Positions 37,400 to 47,560 of a stretch of DNA of 64,000 bases are shown piece after piece; the first letter of the stretch is position 1; each line of letters begins with the position of its first letter. Where the stretch lies: assembly GCA_045652665.1 (NCBI GenBank), contig JAZRUS010000072.1, positions 10,121-74,120 of the forward strand, read 5' to 3'. Origin of the DNA: Eubacteriales bacterium (GTDB lineage: Bacteria > Bacillota > Clostridia > Oscillospirales > CAG-272). A program made the translations under genes and the position numbers. Under the pieces are notes generated by a model, which was not told the origin of the DNA, made no database searches, and was given only the letters and a program-made list of their open reading frames with translations.

Positions 37400-38143
37400 A
37401 TGAAATATTTTGCAAAGATAAACTATCTTGGAACGGATTTTCACGGATTTCAGGTTCAACCGGGACTAAGGACGGTTCAGAGCGAGATATCCTGCGCGCT
37501 TGAAAAGGTTTTTGGTGAGGTTCCGAGAGTCACCGGATGCAGTAGAACCGATGCAGGAGTTCATGCAAATGAATTTTGTCTTAAGATAGAGTCGGATGCC
37601 GCAACCGTTCCGGCAGAAAAGCTTCCGATTGCCGTGTCGCGCTTTCTGCCTCCGGATCTTTCTCTTTACTACGCGGAGGAATGCTCTGATGATTTTCATC
37701 CTCGCTATGACGTGGTTTCAAAGGAGTATTTATACAGAATACGAAACAGAAAGGTATTTGATCCGTTTGAATACGGTCGCGCGTGGTTTCTTCCGAGGGA
37801 GATAAGTAAAGATGGAATATCACGGATGAATGAGGCTGCTGATTATATTTTGGGAAAGCAGGACTTTTCAGCCTTTATGTCCGAGGGAGCAGATGCTGAG
37901 GATACTGTAAGAACTGTTTATTCTCTCACAGTAGAAAAAAGTGACGATCTTATAGAGATAAGAATATCAGCGGACGGATTTCTTTATAATATGGTACGGA
38001 TTATCGTAGGTACCTTGGTGGAGATTGCGTTTGGTCGCTATGAGCCTTCTTACATCAAAGATATAATAAATTCCAAAGATAGAAAAAAGGCAGGCATGAC
38101 TGCTCCTGCCGAAGGCTTATATTTAAATAAAGTGTATTATTAA
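37400..38143 (+). CDS. truA: tRNA pseudouridine(38-40) synthase
   Basis: The start MKYFAKINYLGTDFHGFQ is at 37400. Catalytic motif GCSRTDAGVHA. The canonical ecfAAT-truA synteny is present. Confidence 0.93.
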   Translation: MKYFAKINYLGTDFHGFQVQPGLRTVQSEISCALEKVFGEVPRVTGCSRTDAGVHANEFCLKIESDAATVPAEKLPIAVSRFLPPDLSLYYAEECSDDFHPRYDVVSKEYLYRIRNRKVFDPFEYGRAWFLPREISKDGISRMNEAADYILGKQDFSAFMSEGADAEDTVRTVYSLTVEKSDDLIEIRISADGFLYNMVRIIVGTLVEIAFGRYEPSYIKDIINSKDRKKAGMTAPAEGLYLNKVYY

Positions 38144-38222
38144 TTGCCATTTTTGTATTTTAAATGCAGAATAGCATATATCCCGTGGGGCAAAATTTCA
38201 AAAATGCTTCACGGGGTTATTT

Positions 38223-40613
38223 ATGAAAACAAAAAAACATAAGATTTTGCGTCGAGCTGCGGTTTTGATATTAACTCTTGCCGCGGTCGGTCTTTTGATC
38301 ATGGGCGGACTGTGTATCTACGCATATTCAGCCATAGATTATTCTGTAGACGAGCAATTGTTTATTCAAAGCAAAGGTGAAGGTATAACGCGCTTGTTTT
38401 ACAACTCCGGCGGCGTCGATGAGTACGTTCCGTCCGAGTACTGTTATCTTTCTGCCTCTGAGACGAAGCGGCTGTGGTGCCCGTATGATGAAGCGGGTGA
38501 TAGGATAAAGCATGCATTTATTGCTACGGAGGATCGCGGATTCTTTGATCATCATGGAATCGACGTAAAAAGGACGGGTTTTGCGATTGTCAATTACATT
38601 TTAAAGCTGAAGCCTAAATTCGGAGGTTCAACGATAACTCAACAGGTTATAAAGAATATAAGCGGAGACAACGAGCAGACGGTACGCAGAAAAATATCCG
38701 AAATTATGCGAGCGTATCATATTGAGAGCATATATTCTAAGGAGGATATATTTGAAGTATATCTGAATATCGTTCCGATGGGAGATGGGGTGTGCGGTAT
38801 CGGATATGCCTCACAGTACTATTTTGGAAAAGACCCATCTGAGCTGACTAATTCAGAAGCGGCAACTCTTGTAGGGATAACGAATGCTCCCTCAAGATAT
38901 GATCCGTACGAAAATCCGCTGCAATGCAAGGAAAAGCGAAACAAGGTGCTCTATGCGATGCGCGAGTGCGGGTACATTACAGATGCGGAATATGAGATAG
39001 CCTGTAAAGAGGATATCGTTCTCGCCGCCAGAGAAAAAAATGATTATGTAATAGATTCATGGTTTGCTGAAACCGTGCTTGATGACGTTGGAAGAGATCT
39101 TGCCGAAAAAATGGAAATTTCAGAATCGGTCGCGCGCCTTTTGATATTGCGCGGAGGATATTCGATCCACACAACGGTAAATCCTTTGATACAGAAAAAG
39201 CTTGAGCTTTATTTTGCCGATCCGTCAAATTTTCCTGAAAAAATAGCAAATGGCTTAAATTTCTCCTTTGTTGTAGCAGATTCATCGAGCGGAGATTTGA
39301 TAGGAATTATAGGCAGTGTTGGTAATAAGGCTGCTAACAGAGTTGTAAACCACGCAACTGTTCCGCATACTCCGGGCTCTTCTTTGAAGCCGCTTGCTCT
39401 CTATGCTCCGGCTATTGATGAAGGATACGTAAATTGGGCAACTGTATTTGATGACGTTCCGGTATCGTTTAGCGAGCTTTCGGACGGCACACTTAGACCT
39501 TATCCTAAAAATTACCCCGACGTATATGACGGTTTGACAACTCTGGCTGATGCGCTCAGAATGTCAAAAAACACGGTAGCAATGAGACTATATAACATGC
39601 TTGGAAAGGATAAGATCTTTGCATTATTGGAGGATGATTTTGGATTCTCCACCTTGATTGCCGGGAAAAAAGAAAAAAATGGGTATTACACGGATAAGGC
39701 AGCGGCTCCGTTGGCGCTTGGACAGCTTACCTACGGCGTATCGCTCAGATCTCTGACGTCAGCGTATACTGTTTTTCCCGGTGAAGGGAATTTTCGTCAG
39801 TCAAGAAGCTACGTGGCACTTTATGACAGTCAGGGAGATTTAATCATTGATAATAAGCCGAAGGAAAAGCGTATTTTCGGTAATGATACGGCGCAAATTA
39901 TGAATTTAATGCTTTCACAGGTTATTACGTCTGGAACAGCAAGCCGAATAACGTTACCCGAGCTCTTAGATGCCGCAGGAAAAACAGGGACGTCCGGCGG
40001 TGATAAGGACAGATTGTTTGTGGGGTATACACCTTATTATACCGCAGGCATATGGTGCGGATATTCTGACGCAGGGCAGAGCATTGGATACCAGGAGATA
40101 TCTCATCTTGAAATATGGGATGAGATAATGTGGGATTTGCATAGAGATATTATAAGCCCTGGAGAAGAACCCGATAGTTTTTCAACCTCCGGCTTGGATA
40201 GGTTGGCGTTCTGTAAGGATTCGGGCAAGCTATTTATAGGGAATTGCGGTCTCGATCCACGCGGTGAACGGCTCTCATACGGATACTTCAGCAGGAGTAA
40301 TGTTCCTAAAGGAATGTGTGACCGCCACGTTCCTTGTTTATATGACAATGAGACCGGTGCAATTGCGACCGAAAAATGTCCGCGTGACGAGCTATCGCTT
40401 ATATCGTTGATCGAAGTGAATGATCGCGCTTTTCCGATCGAGATAGTTATAACCGATGCGGAATATGTATGGCGCAACGTTCCGGAAGGGACGGCGTTTG
40501 GTGATTCATACGATCTTCCGTTCTTTATAAATACAGTTGCCGACGGAAGCTTTGTTGGACGAAGCAAAACGAAAAAACAGTACAATTCATCATGTTATCT
40601 TCATAATGATTGA
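38223..40613 (+). CDS. class A (bifunctional) penicillin-binding protein, PBP1A family
   Basis: N-terminal TM helix. GT51 motifs EDRGFFDHHGID, GGSTITQQ, RKISE. Transpeptidase motifs SSLKP, SKN, KTGT. Confidence 0.9.
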   Translation: MKTKKHKILRRAAVLILTLAAVGLLIMGGLCIYAYSAIDYSVDEQLFIQSKGEGITRLFYNSGGVDEYVPSEYCYLSASETKRLWCPYDEAGDRIKHAFIATEDRGFFDHHGIDVKRTGFAIVNYILKLKPKFGGSTITQQVIKNISGDNEQTVRRKISEIMRAYHIESIYSKEDIFEVYLNIVPMGDGVCGIGYASQYYFGKDPSELTNSEAATLVGITNAPSRYDPYENPLQCKEKRNKVLYAMRECGYITDAEYEIACKEDIVLAAREKNDYVIDSWFAETVLDDVGRDLAEKMEISESVARLLILRGGYSIHTTVNPLIQKKLELYFADPSNFPEKIANGLNFSFVVADSSSGDLIGIIGSVGNKAANRVVNHATVPHTPGSSLKPLALYAPAIDEGYVNWATVFDDVPVSFSELSDGTLRPYPKNYPDVYDGLTTLADALRMSKNTVAMRLYNMLGKDKIFALLEDDFGFSTLIAGKKEKNGYYTDKAAAPLALGQLTYGVSLRSLTSAYTVFPGEGNFRQSRSYVALYDSQGDLIIDNKPKEKRIFGNDTAQIMNLMLSQVITSGTASRITLPELLDAAGKTGTSGGDKDRLFVGYTPYYTAGIWCGYSDAGQSIGYQEISHLEIWDEIMWDLHRDIISPGEEPDSFSTSGLDRLAFCKDSGKLFIGNCGLDPRGERLSYGYFSRSNVPKGMCDRHVPCLYDNETGAIATEKCPRDELSLISLIEVNDRAFPIEIVITDAEYVWRNVPEGTAFGDSYDLPFFINTVADGSFVGRSKTKKQYNSSCYLHND

Positions 40614-40623
40614 GAGGCTTTTT

Positions 40624-41130
40624 ATGGAATATGAGTTGATCCTATCCGATAGAAAAACTATTTCGGCTTCGGTCGTTGACGGTGTACTGAAGGTGCGTGC
40701 TCCGAGACGAGTACCAAAACGTATGATCGATGATTTCGTCATTAAGCATAAAGAATGGATAGAAAGGAATATAGAAAAATCAAAGAGAAACGCCGAAAAA
40801 TTTTGCAATCTTTCGGACAGTGATATAAAGCTTCTCCGTGCCGATGCAAGAAAATATTTTGAAGAAAAAACCAAGCATTATGCTGATGTTATGGGTTTAA
40901 AATACGGCAGAATATCTATAACGTCCGCAAAAACGCGATTTGGCTCCTGCTCGTCAAAGGGGAATATTTGTTACTCTTACAGACTTATGAGTTATCCTGA
41001 TGCCGCGCGTGAATACGTCGTCGTGCACGAGCTTGCTCACCTTGTCGAAATGAATCATTCGGATAGATTTTACAAAGTTGTGGAAGCTGTTTTGCCGGAC
41101 TATAAAATCAGACGGAAAATGTTAAAGTGA
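40624..41130 (+). CDS. YgjP-like (DUF45/M48-related) zinc metallohydrolase
   Basis: The ATG at 40624 follows GAGG. HELAHLVEMNHSDRFY is an HExxH...H motif. Confidence 0.8.
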   Translation: MEYELILSDRKTISASVVDGVLKVRAPRRVPKRMIDDFVIKHKEWIERNIEKSKRNAEKFCNLSDSDIKLLRADARKYFEEKTKHYADVMGLKYGRISITSAKTRFGSCSSKGNICYSYRLMSYPDAAREYVVVHELAHLVEMNHSDRFYKVVEAVLPDYKIRRKMLK

Positions 41131-41136
41131 AAAAAT

Positions 41137-41186
41137 AAAACAGGAGAGTTCGGTAGAGTATACCTTGCATTCTCCTGTTTTATTTT
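41137..41186. terminator. bidirectional terminator between the ygjP-like gene and the response regulator
   Basis: AAAACAGGAGA (41137-41147) pairs with TCTCCTGTTTT (41171-41181). Confidence 0.75.
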
Positions 41187-41201
41187 AATACACAAATTGA
41201 T

Positions 41202-41891
41202 TTATACAAGCGTTTCAAACTTGTATCCAACGCCCCAAACGGTCTTGAGTATCCACTTGTCAGAAACACCTTCAAGCTTTTCGCGCAGTCTTTTTACGTG
41301 AACGTCAACCGTTCTGGAGTCGCCGAGGTAATCGAAGCCCCAGACCTTGTCCAGCAGCTGATCACGGGTAAATACTCTGTTGCAGTTGGATGCGAGGAAA
41401 TAGAGAAGCTCAAGCTCCTTGGGCGGAATATCGATGGCCTTGCCGTTAAGCTTAAGCTCATACTTTTGCAGACTGATCTCTATATTCTCAAATTTTATTA
41501 CTTCCTCGTCGTTGTTCTTTGAGTGTGCGTTATAGCGGCGGAGAACAGCTTTGATTCTCGCAGAAAGCTCCTTCATATCAAAGGGTTTTACGATAAAATC
41601 GTCTGCGCCAAGCTCAAGTCCCAGCACCTTGTCAAATACCTCGCCCTTTGCGGTGATCATAATTACGGGTTTGGGAGACATCTCGCGAATTTCGCGGCAT
41701 ACCTGCCATCCGTCCTTTTTCGGCATCATTATGTCAAGGAGCACGAGATCGGGTTCGTAGATCTTGAAGGTCTGCACGCCTTCAACTCCGTCGCTCGCTG
41801 TCTTGACCTTGTAGCCCTCGTTTTCAAAATATAGCTTTAACATGTCGCATATATTGGAATCGTCATCAACAATAAGAAGTTTGGTATCCAT
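41202..41891 (-). CDS. OmpR/PhoB-family response regulator (no adjacent histidine kinase)
   Basis: Receiver domain (LIVDDD, LLDIMMPKKDG, ITAKG) plus a winged-helix domain (LTPKE-like PPKELELLYFL, RTVDVHVKRLREKL). Confidence 0.9.
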   Translation of the reverse strand: MDTKLLIVDDDSNICDMLKLYFENEGYKVKTASDGVEGVQTFKIYEPDLVLLDIMMPKKDGWQVCREIREMSPKPVIMITAKGEVFDKVLGLELGADDFIVKPFDMKELSARIKAVLRRYNAHSKNNDEEVIKFENIEISLQKYELKLNGKAIDIPPKELELLYFLASNCNRVFTRDQLLDKVWGFDYLGDSRTVDVHVKRLREKLEGVSDKWILKTVWGVGYKFETLV

Positions 41892-42066
41892 TTTCTATCT
41901 CCTTTAAGTATATTTGTTAACTTTGTTAAAAATCCTTCTAAGTTCACAATTATATTATACAGTATAAATGCCTATGTGTCAAGAACAAAGTGAAAAAAAT
42001 TAAAATACTGTTTATTTTGCCTTCAATACGGAAACAATAATCATAAATCAAAAATTGGAGGTCAAT

Positions 42067-42729
42067 ATGTTCAAACACGAAAAACAACTATTCCATCCGG
42101 TAGAGGTCGAAAGAGCGAATCCGCAGTATGCGGTTCTCCTTCAGGAGCAGCTTGGCGGCGGCAACGGCGAACTCAAGGCTGCGATGCAGTATATGTCCCA
42201 GAGCTTTCGCATCAAAGATCCCGAGATAAAGGATCTATTCCTCGACATAGCTGCCGAGGAGCTTGGACACATGGAAATGGTGGCGCAGACAATCAATCTT
42301 CTCAACGGTCACGACGTAGATGCCACAAAGGTACAGGCAGGGGAGGTACAGACGCACGTTCTTTTAGGACTTAATCCGGGTTTGATCAATTCATCCGGAT
42401 ACTCATGGACGGGTGATTACGTTACTGTCACGGGTGACCTGTGCGCCGATCTGCTTTCCAATATCGCATCCGAGCAAAGGGCAAAGGTTGTATATGAATA
42501 TCTCTATCGGCAGATTGAGGATAAGAAGGTACGCGAGACCATTGATTTTCTTCTTAACCGCGAGGAAGCGCACAATCAGATGTTCCGTGATGCCTTCAAT
42601 AAGGTGCAGGAAACGGGATCCAACCGCGATTTCGGCACTACCAAAGCTGCGAAGATGTATTTCTCGCTTTCCAACCCGGGACCGAATACTTTTGCGAATA
42701 ACGAAACACACGCACCATCCTTTAAGTAA
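42067..42729 (+). CDS. manganese catalase family protein
   Basis: The ATG at 42067 follows GGAGG. Motifs LQEQLGGGNGELKAAMQYMSQSF and AAEELGHMEMV. Confidence 0.9.
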   Translation: MFKHEKQLFHPVEVERANPQYAVLLQEQLGGGNGELKAAMQYMSQSFRIKDPEIKDLFLDIAAEELGHMEMVAQTINLLNGHDVDATKVQAGEVQTHVLLGLNPGLINSSGYSWTGDYVTVTGDLCADLLSNIASEQRAKVVYEYLYRQIEDKKVRETIDFLLNREEAHNQMFRDAFNKVQETGSNRDFGTTKAAKMYFSLSNPGPNTFANNETHAPSFK

Positions 42730-42738
42730 TAATAAATC

Positions 42739-42776
42739 GGGGCATACAGTCAAGAATGATTTGTATGCCCTTTTCT
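42739..42776 (+). terminator. intrinsic terminator after the Mn catalase gene
   Basis: GGGGCATACA (42739-42748) pairs with TGTATGCCC (42762-42770), followed by TTTTC. Confidence 0.8.
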
Positions 42777-42789
42777 TATGTAAAATATC

Positions 42790-42882
42790 TTGAGTTATTC
42801 ATAATAATGTGGTATAATAACAATGCTATAATTTTAGCTGTTATCAAAGCGTGATTGCCACGCCGCGATAGCGGCTTTTTTC
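42790..42882 (+). ncRNA. candidate small transcription unit (orphan promoter plus terminator, transcript of about 55-60 nt)
   Basis: TTGAGT (42790-42795), 17-nt spacer ending in TGG, TATAAT (42813-42818). Then hairpin GCCGC-GATA-GCGGC (42862-42875) followed by TTTTTT. No plausible ORF lies between them. Confidence 0.3.
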
Positions 42883-43091
42883 TTTTGCGTTCACCGAGGT
42901 GAAAAACTTTTTTGAAAATTTTCGCAAAAAAGATAAGATTTTGCATCGGAATTTCCACTTTGTTAGTGAAAGCACCTAAAAAGCTCTTTTGCTAAAGCTG
43001 GACGTTTGGATATGTAGTGACGGAGAAGCTTGTCAAGCATAGAAATTTAAATGTTTTTTTAGAAAAGCATTAATAATTTAGAGAAGAACTA

Positions 43092-43120
43092 TTGAAAAAT
43101 CTATGCCAATGTGATATAAT
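43092..43120 (+). promoter_or_regulatory. promoter for ychF
   Basis: TTGAAA (43092-43097), 17-nt spacer, TATAAT (43115-43120). This leaves a leader of about 100 nt. Confidence 0.55.
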
Positions 43121-43228
43121 AAACCGAATTCAAAAAATGCGAAAATGGTTAAAAAATCGTACAGTAAATGGTACAGTTGCGCATTTTCGAGGCGAAAAAC
43201 CTTGTAAAATAAAGGAGAATTAAATAAA

Positions 43229-44323
43229 ATGAAATTAGGTATCGTCGGTCTTCCGAACGTAGGAAAGAGTACATTATTTAATGCGCTGACTAATGCAGGA
43301 GCAGAGTCGGCGAACTATCCTTTCTGCACAATCGATCCAAACGTTGGTGTAGTTGCCGTTCCGGATAGCCGTCTTAATAAGCTCGCAGAGATGTATAATC
43401 CTGATAAGTTTACGCCTGCGGTAATTGAATTCGTTGATATAGCAGGACTTGTTCGCGGAGCATCAAAGGGAGAAGGACTTGGAAATAAGTTTCTTGCAAA
43501 TATACGCGAAGTTGATGCAGTTGTGCACGTCGTCAGATGCTTTGAAAACAACGATATCATTCACGTAGAGGGCAGTATTGATCCACTTCGTGACGTGGAG
43601 ACGATTGATATAGAGCTGATACTCTCTGATCTTGAAATCGTAGAACGTGCTATTGAAAGGACTATTAAGGCAGCGAAGAGCGACAAAAAGCTTCTTGAAA
43701 AGCTTGCGGTTCTTGAAAAGGTAAAAGCATGTCTTGAAGAAGGAAAATGCGCGCGTTCGCTTTGTCTTAGCGACGAAGAGATTGCGTATATTGAAGAATC
43801 AAGGCTTCTGACGCTTAAGCCTATCATTTATGTTGCAAATATATCCGAGGACGAGGTTGGCGGAGATTATGAAGGCAATGATTCCTATATCAAGCTTCGC
43901 GATCATGCTGTATCCGAAGGAAGCGAGATAATTGCCGTCAGTGCGCAGATCGAGGCTGAGCTTGCTGAGCTTGAGGGGGAGGAGAAAATGACATTCCTTT
44001 CCGATCTCGGTATTGATGAAAGCGGTCTTGATAAGCTTATTAAATCGGGATATGCATTGCTTGGACTCATCAGCTTCCTTACTGCAGGTCCTAAGGAGGT
44101 TCGTGCCTGGACAATAAAACGCGGCACGAAGGCTCCCGGTGCCGCCGGTAAAATACATACCGACTTTGAGCGAGGATTCATTCGTGCCGAGGTTGTTTCT
44201 TTTGAGGATCTTGTGCGTGAGGGAGACCGTAACAAGGTTAAGGAAAAGGGATTGCTTCGCAGTGAGGGAAAAGAGTACGTTATGAAGGACGGAGACGTCG
44301 TAGAGTTCCTCTTTAACGTATAA
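43229..44323 (+). CDS. ychF: redox-regulated ribosome-binding ATPase YchF
   Basis: 364 aa with [24 protein letters not shown], and a C-terminal TGS/YchF domain ([27 protein letters not shown]). Confidence 0.96.
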   Translation: MKLGIVGLPNVGKSTLFNALTNAGAESANYPFCTIDPNVGVVAVPDSRLNKLAEMYNPDKFTPAVIEFVDIAGLVRGASKGEGLGNKFLANIREVDAVVHVVRCFENNDIIHVEGSIDPLRDVETIDIELILSDLEIVERAIERTIKAAKSDKKLLEKLAVLEKVKACLEEGKCARSLCLSDEEIAYIEESRLLTLKPIIYVANISEDEVGGDYEGNDSYIKLRDHAVSEGSEIIAVSAQIEAELAELEGEEKMTFLSDLGIDESGLDKLIKSGYALLGLISFLTAGPKEVRAWTIKRGTKAPGAAGKIHTDFERGFIRAEVVSFEDLVREGDRNKVKEKGLLRSEGKEYVMKDGDVVEFLFNV

Positions 44324-46538
44324 GGTCAACTTCCTTCACTGAGAATTCAGCGCCTCGCTGAGTGTAATAATCTAGGATATCCGAGTCAAATCTCATCTTC
44401 TGACTCAGGAACAGTATCTTAGATGCGTTCTCAAGCCTGTACTTAAATTCATATTCTGAGCAATAGCTCTCTTGGCGTCCGAAGATTACTGCGTCACTTT
44501 GCGCGATGATCTCGAGCGCCATTTTCTTTTCGTCGCCTTGAAGCATGCCTATTCCGACGTAAGTATATAGCTTGTCCTCATAATACACGGTGAAGAGGTT
44601 TTTTTCTTTATGGTTTGCTTCGTAGCTATAAAGTGAAAAGAGGGTAAATTCACCGCAAACAATAGCTTCCTCGGTTGAATATAGATTGATTTTAATTCCG
44701 TTGGTTTCAGCATTTTCGTATATTTGCTCTAAGATCCGGTCCTCGGTGCTGCTTTTTGGAATGGGAATATGTACGGTTCTTATCAGAATCAGATTGCTAA
44801 GGCGATCAAGCTTTTCCGGCAGATCCTCGGAATAGTTTGTAAGTACGTAGTTGTCAAGCCTTACAAGATTATGGAAGGCAAAATAATTATATATCGAATA
44901 AGCCTCAACGGAAGCGTGATCGGATACGTCCACCAAGGAGACGCACCCTTCGTCCATGAGGAGAAGGTTGTCGTTTGTTATCGGTGTATATTTAAGCTCT
45001 GTTTCGAACATATCCGAATATGTCAAAACCGATGACGCTGCAAAAATAGAAATCAAAAGCGCCGCAAGCGAGATGAGTGCGGTCCTTTTTCGTTTAACCT
45101 CAAATACAAGGAATGCAAAGAACAGCAGCGTAAATACAAGAGATGATATGATTACGAGAGAGTAATTGGTAGAGACGTAAGTCAGATCTATTCCGGATAT
45201 ATATTCGGCTATCAGAATGATAAGGTTACCGATAGGTACAAAAATATATTTGATCGGCAGGATGCTTCCGAGCAGAAGCAGAAGGATGCCGACAAAAATA
45301 AACAGCTCTATAAGAAACGAGAAAATAAATGTTGATATAGGGGCGAATATTGACGTTCCGTCAAATTTTACAACCGTTATGGCAAAGGTGGCTGATATGG
45401 CAAAGAAGGATGAGAGGAAAGAGGTAAATATCCATCTGAGAAAGGCGTGCTCCTTCTTTTTCTCCTGCCATTCGCTCATAACGATTATTCCGAGCGTTGC
45501 GAACGCAGACAGCCATAGCGACAGATCACCTATAGCATAAGGAGTGATTGCAATTATAACAGCAACGGAAATGAACAGCGCGGTTATACGGTCGCTTGTT
45601 CTTGCAAACAAGTATAGCAGAGAATAAATAATAAGCATAATTCCCGCGCGGCAGACGGAAAGGGAAAATCCCGTAACAGTCATATAAAGCAGTGTAAATA
45701 TGACTGTAATAACTGTAGCTGACTTCTTACCTAATCTAAGATAAGCAAGCAGTTTTGAAAGTCCGAGTGTCAGAATTGCAAAATGCATTCCGCTTAGTGC
45801 AAGGATATGTGATATACCTATTCGTGAAAAATCAAGCTGAGTTCCCGAGGGAAGAAATTCCTTTTCGCCCATCAAGAGGGCACTGAGCAAGCCGCCGGCA
45901 TCACTATCGGAATTAAGAATGATTCGACGGCATATTGACTCGCGGAAGGCGTTTATCTCGTAGGAGACAGGGAAATCACCTACAGAGGTCATATAAAAAT
46001 ATGATACCTCGTTGATTATACCTGAATACCCCCGAGTGTTATAATATTCTTTTGCTTCAAATCCAAGATTGCCGGGAAAATCCTCAATGACACCCTTTAT
46101 CCTGACCTCTGATCCAGTCGAAAAGCCGTAATGAACGTCGGGATCAACGTATACTATCAGACTGTAATTTGAAAAGGATGTTTCGTTAACGTTGTTTGCA
46201 TCAAGATATATTCTGGTGGAATAGGATGTACGGTCAATATCGGTTATGCGACCCTCAACGGTTACTTCTCCGTCATACCTATCGTATGCATTGAACCATA
46301 AGTCGAAATATACGAATGAAAGAGCCATTGATATGATAGCGCAAACCGATGCCGTGCGTATGATGGCGCGGTTGATTTTATCCTTCAATTGAGGAATAAA
46401 GGAAAGCGTAAATGCTGAAAAACACAGAAATACAAGTAACGACCTTAGAAAAACAGAATCATAAGTGTTAAAAACAACAAAAGACCCCAGCATAATACAA
46501 AGTATTAAGCTTAAAGGTCTTTTGTCAAATATTTTCAT
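44313..46538 (-). CDS. comEC: ComEC/Rec2-family DNA internalisation channel protein
   Basis: The ATG at 46538 (MKIFDKRPL) follows GAGGA. It is a polytopic protein with the competence-domain signature ISHILALSGMHFAIL. The C-terminal beta-lactamase-like region lacks an obvious HxHxDH motif. Confidence 0.85.
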   Translation of the reverse strand: MKIFDKRPLSLILCIMLGSFVVFNTYDSVFLRSLLVFLCFSAFTLSFIPQLKDKINRAIIRTASVCAIISMALSFVYFDLWFNAYDRYDGEVTVEGRITDIDRTSYSTRIYLDANNVNETSFSNYSLIVYVDPDVHYGFSTGSEVRIKGVIEDFPGNLGFEAKEYYNTRGYSGIINEVSYFYMTSVGDFPVSYEINAFRESICRRIILNSDSDAGGLLSALLMGEKEFLPSGTQLDFSRIGISHILALSGMHFAILTLGLSKLLAYLRLGKKSATVITVIFTLLYMTVTGFSLSVCRAGIMLIIYSLLYLFARTSDRITALFISVAVIIAITPYAIGDLSLWLSAFATLGIIVMSEWQEKKKEHAFLRWIFTSFLSSFFAISATFAITVVKFDGTSIFAPISTFIFSFLIELFIFVGILLLLLGSILPIKYIFVPIGNLIILIAEYISGIDLTYVSTNYSLVIISSLVFTLLFFAFLVFEVKRKRTALISLAALLISIFAASSVLTYSDMFETELKYTPITNDNLLLMDEGCVSLVDVSDHASVEAYSIYNYFAFHNLVRLDNYVLTNYSEDLPEKLDRLSNLILIRTVHIPIPKSSTEDRILEQIYENAETNGIKINLYSTEEAIVCGEFTLFSLYSYEANHKEKNLFTVYYEDKLYTYVGIGMLQGDEKKMALEIIAQSDAVIFGRQESYCSEYEFKYRLENASKILFLSQKMRFDSDILDYYTQRGAEFSVKEVDLIR

Positions 46539-46539
46539 T

Positions 46540-47469
46540 TCAGTCCTCGTCAGCAAAATTCGATCCGTATGGGATAACGAAATTCAACCCGTTTCTGATT
46601 ACCGAAACGTCAATAGTCTTTGCTCCCTTTATCTCACCGTCAATACAGATAGCGGCTGGGGAATCGAATTGAATTTTTAAGTGATTTGTGCGTTTTAGGT
46701 TGATTAATTTTTTGGCTTTAGGGTTATTTATGTACGTTCCTTTTCTGTAGGATCGAACCAGCTTTAAAAGCGTGAAGCGGGACATTTTGTTTATTGAACA
46801 TATATCTATTATTCCATCGTTCATTTTTGCGAGGGGAGCAACCTTGTAACCGCCGCCGCAGTATTTTCCGTTTCCTATTGCAGTAAGCGTGTAAACATCG
46901 CTCCACACCTCTCCGTCATCAAAGCTCAGGGTCATCGGCGTACCGATCTTGCGGAACAAGACCTTGAACACACCGAGCGTATATGAAAACGCAGGGGTGA
47001 TAAGCTTGTGTTTTTTCAGCCGCGCGGCTTCCTTTGCAACCGCACAGTCAAAGCCAATATTTATCATGTTCACGCAGTAAGAATCGTTAAATTTTATAAG
47101 ATCAAGCTGTACGGGAGTTCCGTCGAGCTGTGCGTCAATGCTGAAGAAGTTTTCCCTGGAGGTAAAGTTTCGTACAAAATCATTTCCGGAGCCGTAGGGA
47201 ATAACACCGAACTCGACGTTTGGATTTTCCGGAGCGCTGTTTACGATCTCGCTAAGAGTGCCGTCTCCGCCGACGCATATAAATCTCTGACGATCCTTAA
47301 CTATCCTTGCCATGGAGGAGACGTACTCGGTTGCATCACCGGGGCAGGTGGTGTAGTATATGTGATAGCTTAATTGCCTTTTTCGGCACGCAGCCTTGAT
47401 AAGCTCCTCCATGTTCTGTTGCTTTCTCGGTCTGCCGGACTTTGGGTTAAGTATGAAATGGTAGATCAT
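46540..47469 (-). CDS. DagK/YegS-family lipid kinase
   Basis: 309 aa with NPKSG, GGDGTLSE, and GSGNDF motifs. Confidence 0.88.
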   Translation of the reverse strand: MIYHFILNPKSGRPRKQQNMEELIKAACRKRQLSYHIYYTTCPGDATEYVSSMARIVKDRQRFICVGGDGTLSEIVNSAPENPNVEFGVIPYGSGNDFVRNFTSRENFFSIDAQLDGTPVQLDLIKFNDSYCVNMINIGFDCAVAKEAARLKKHKLITPAFSYTLGVFKVLFRKIGTPMTLSFDDGEVWSDVYTLTAIGNGKYCGGGYKVAPLAKMNDGIIDICSINKMSRFTLLKLVRSYRKGTYINNPKAKKLINLKRTNHLKIQFDSPAAICIDGEIKGAKTIDVSVIRNGLNFVIPYGSNFADED

Positions 47470-47560
47470 AAAACTTCCTCCGGTGAAGAATAGACAATTA
47501 AATTATATCAGATATAAAAATGTTTGTCAATATGCAGAAGCCTTTTATGTAAATAATAAT

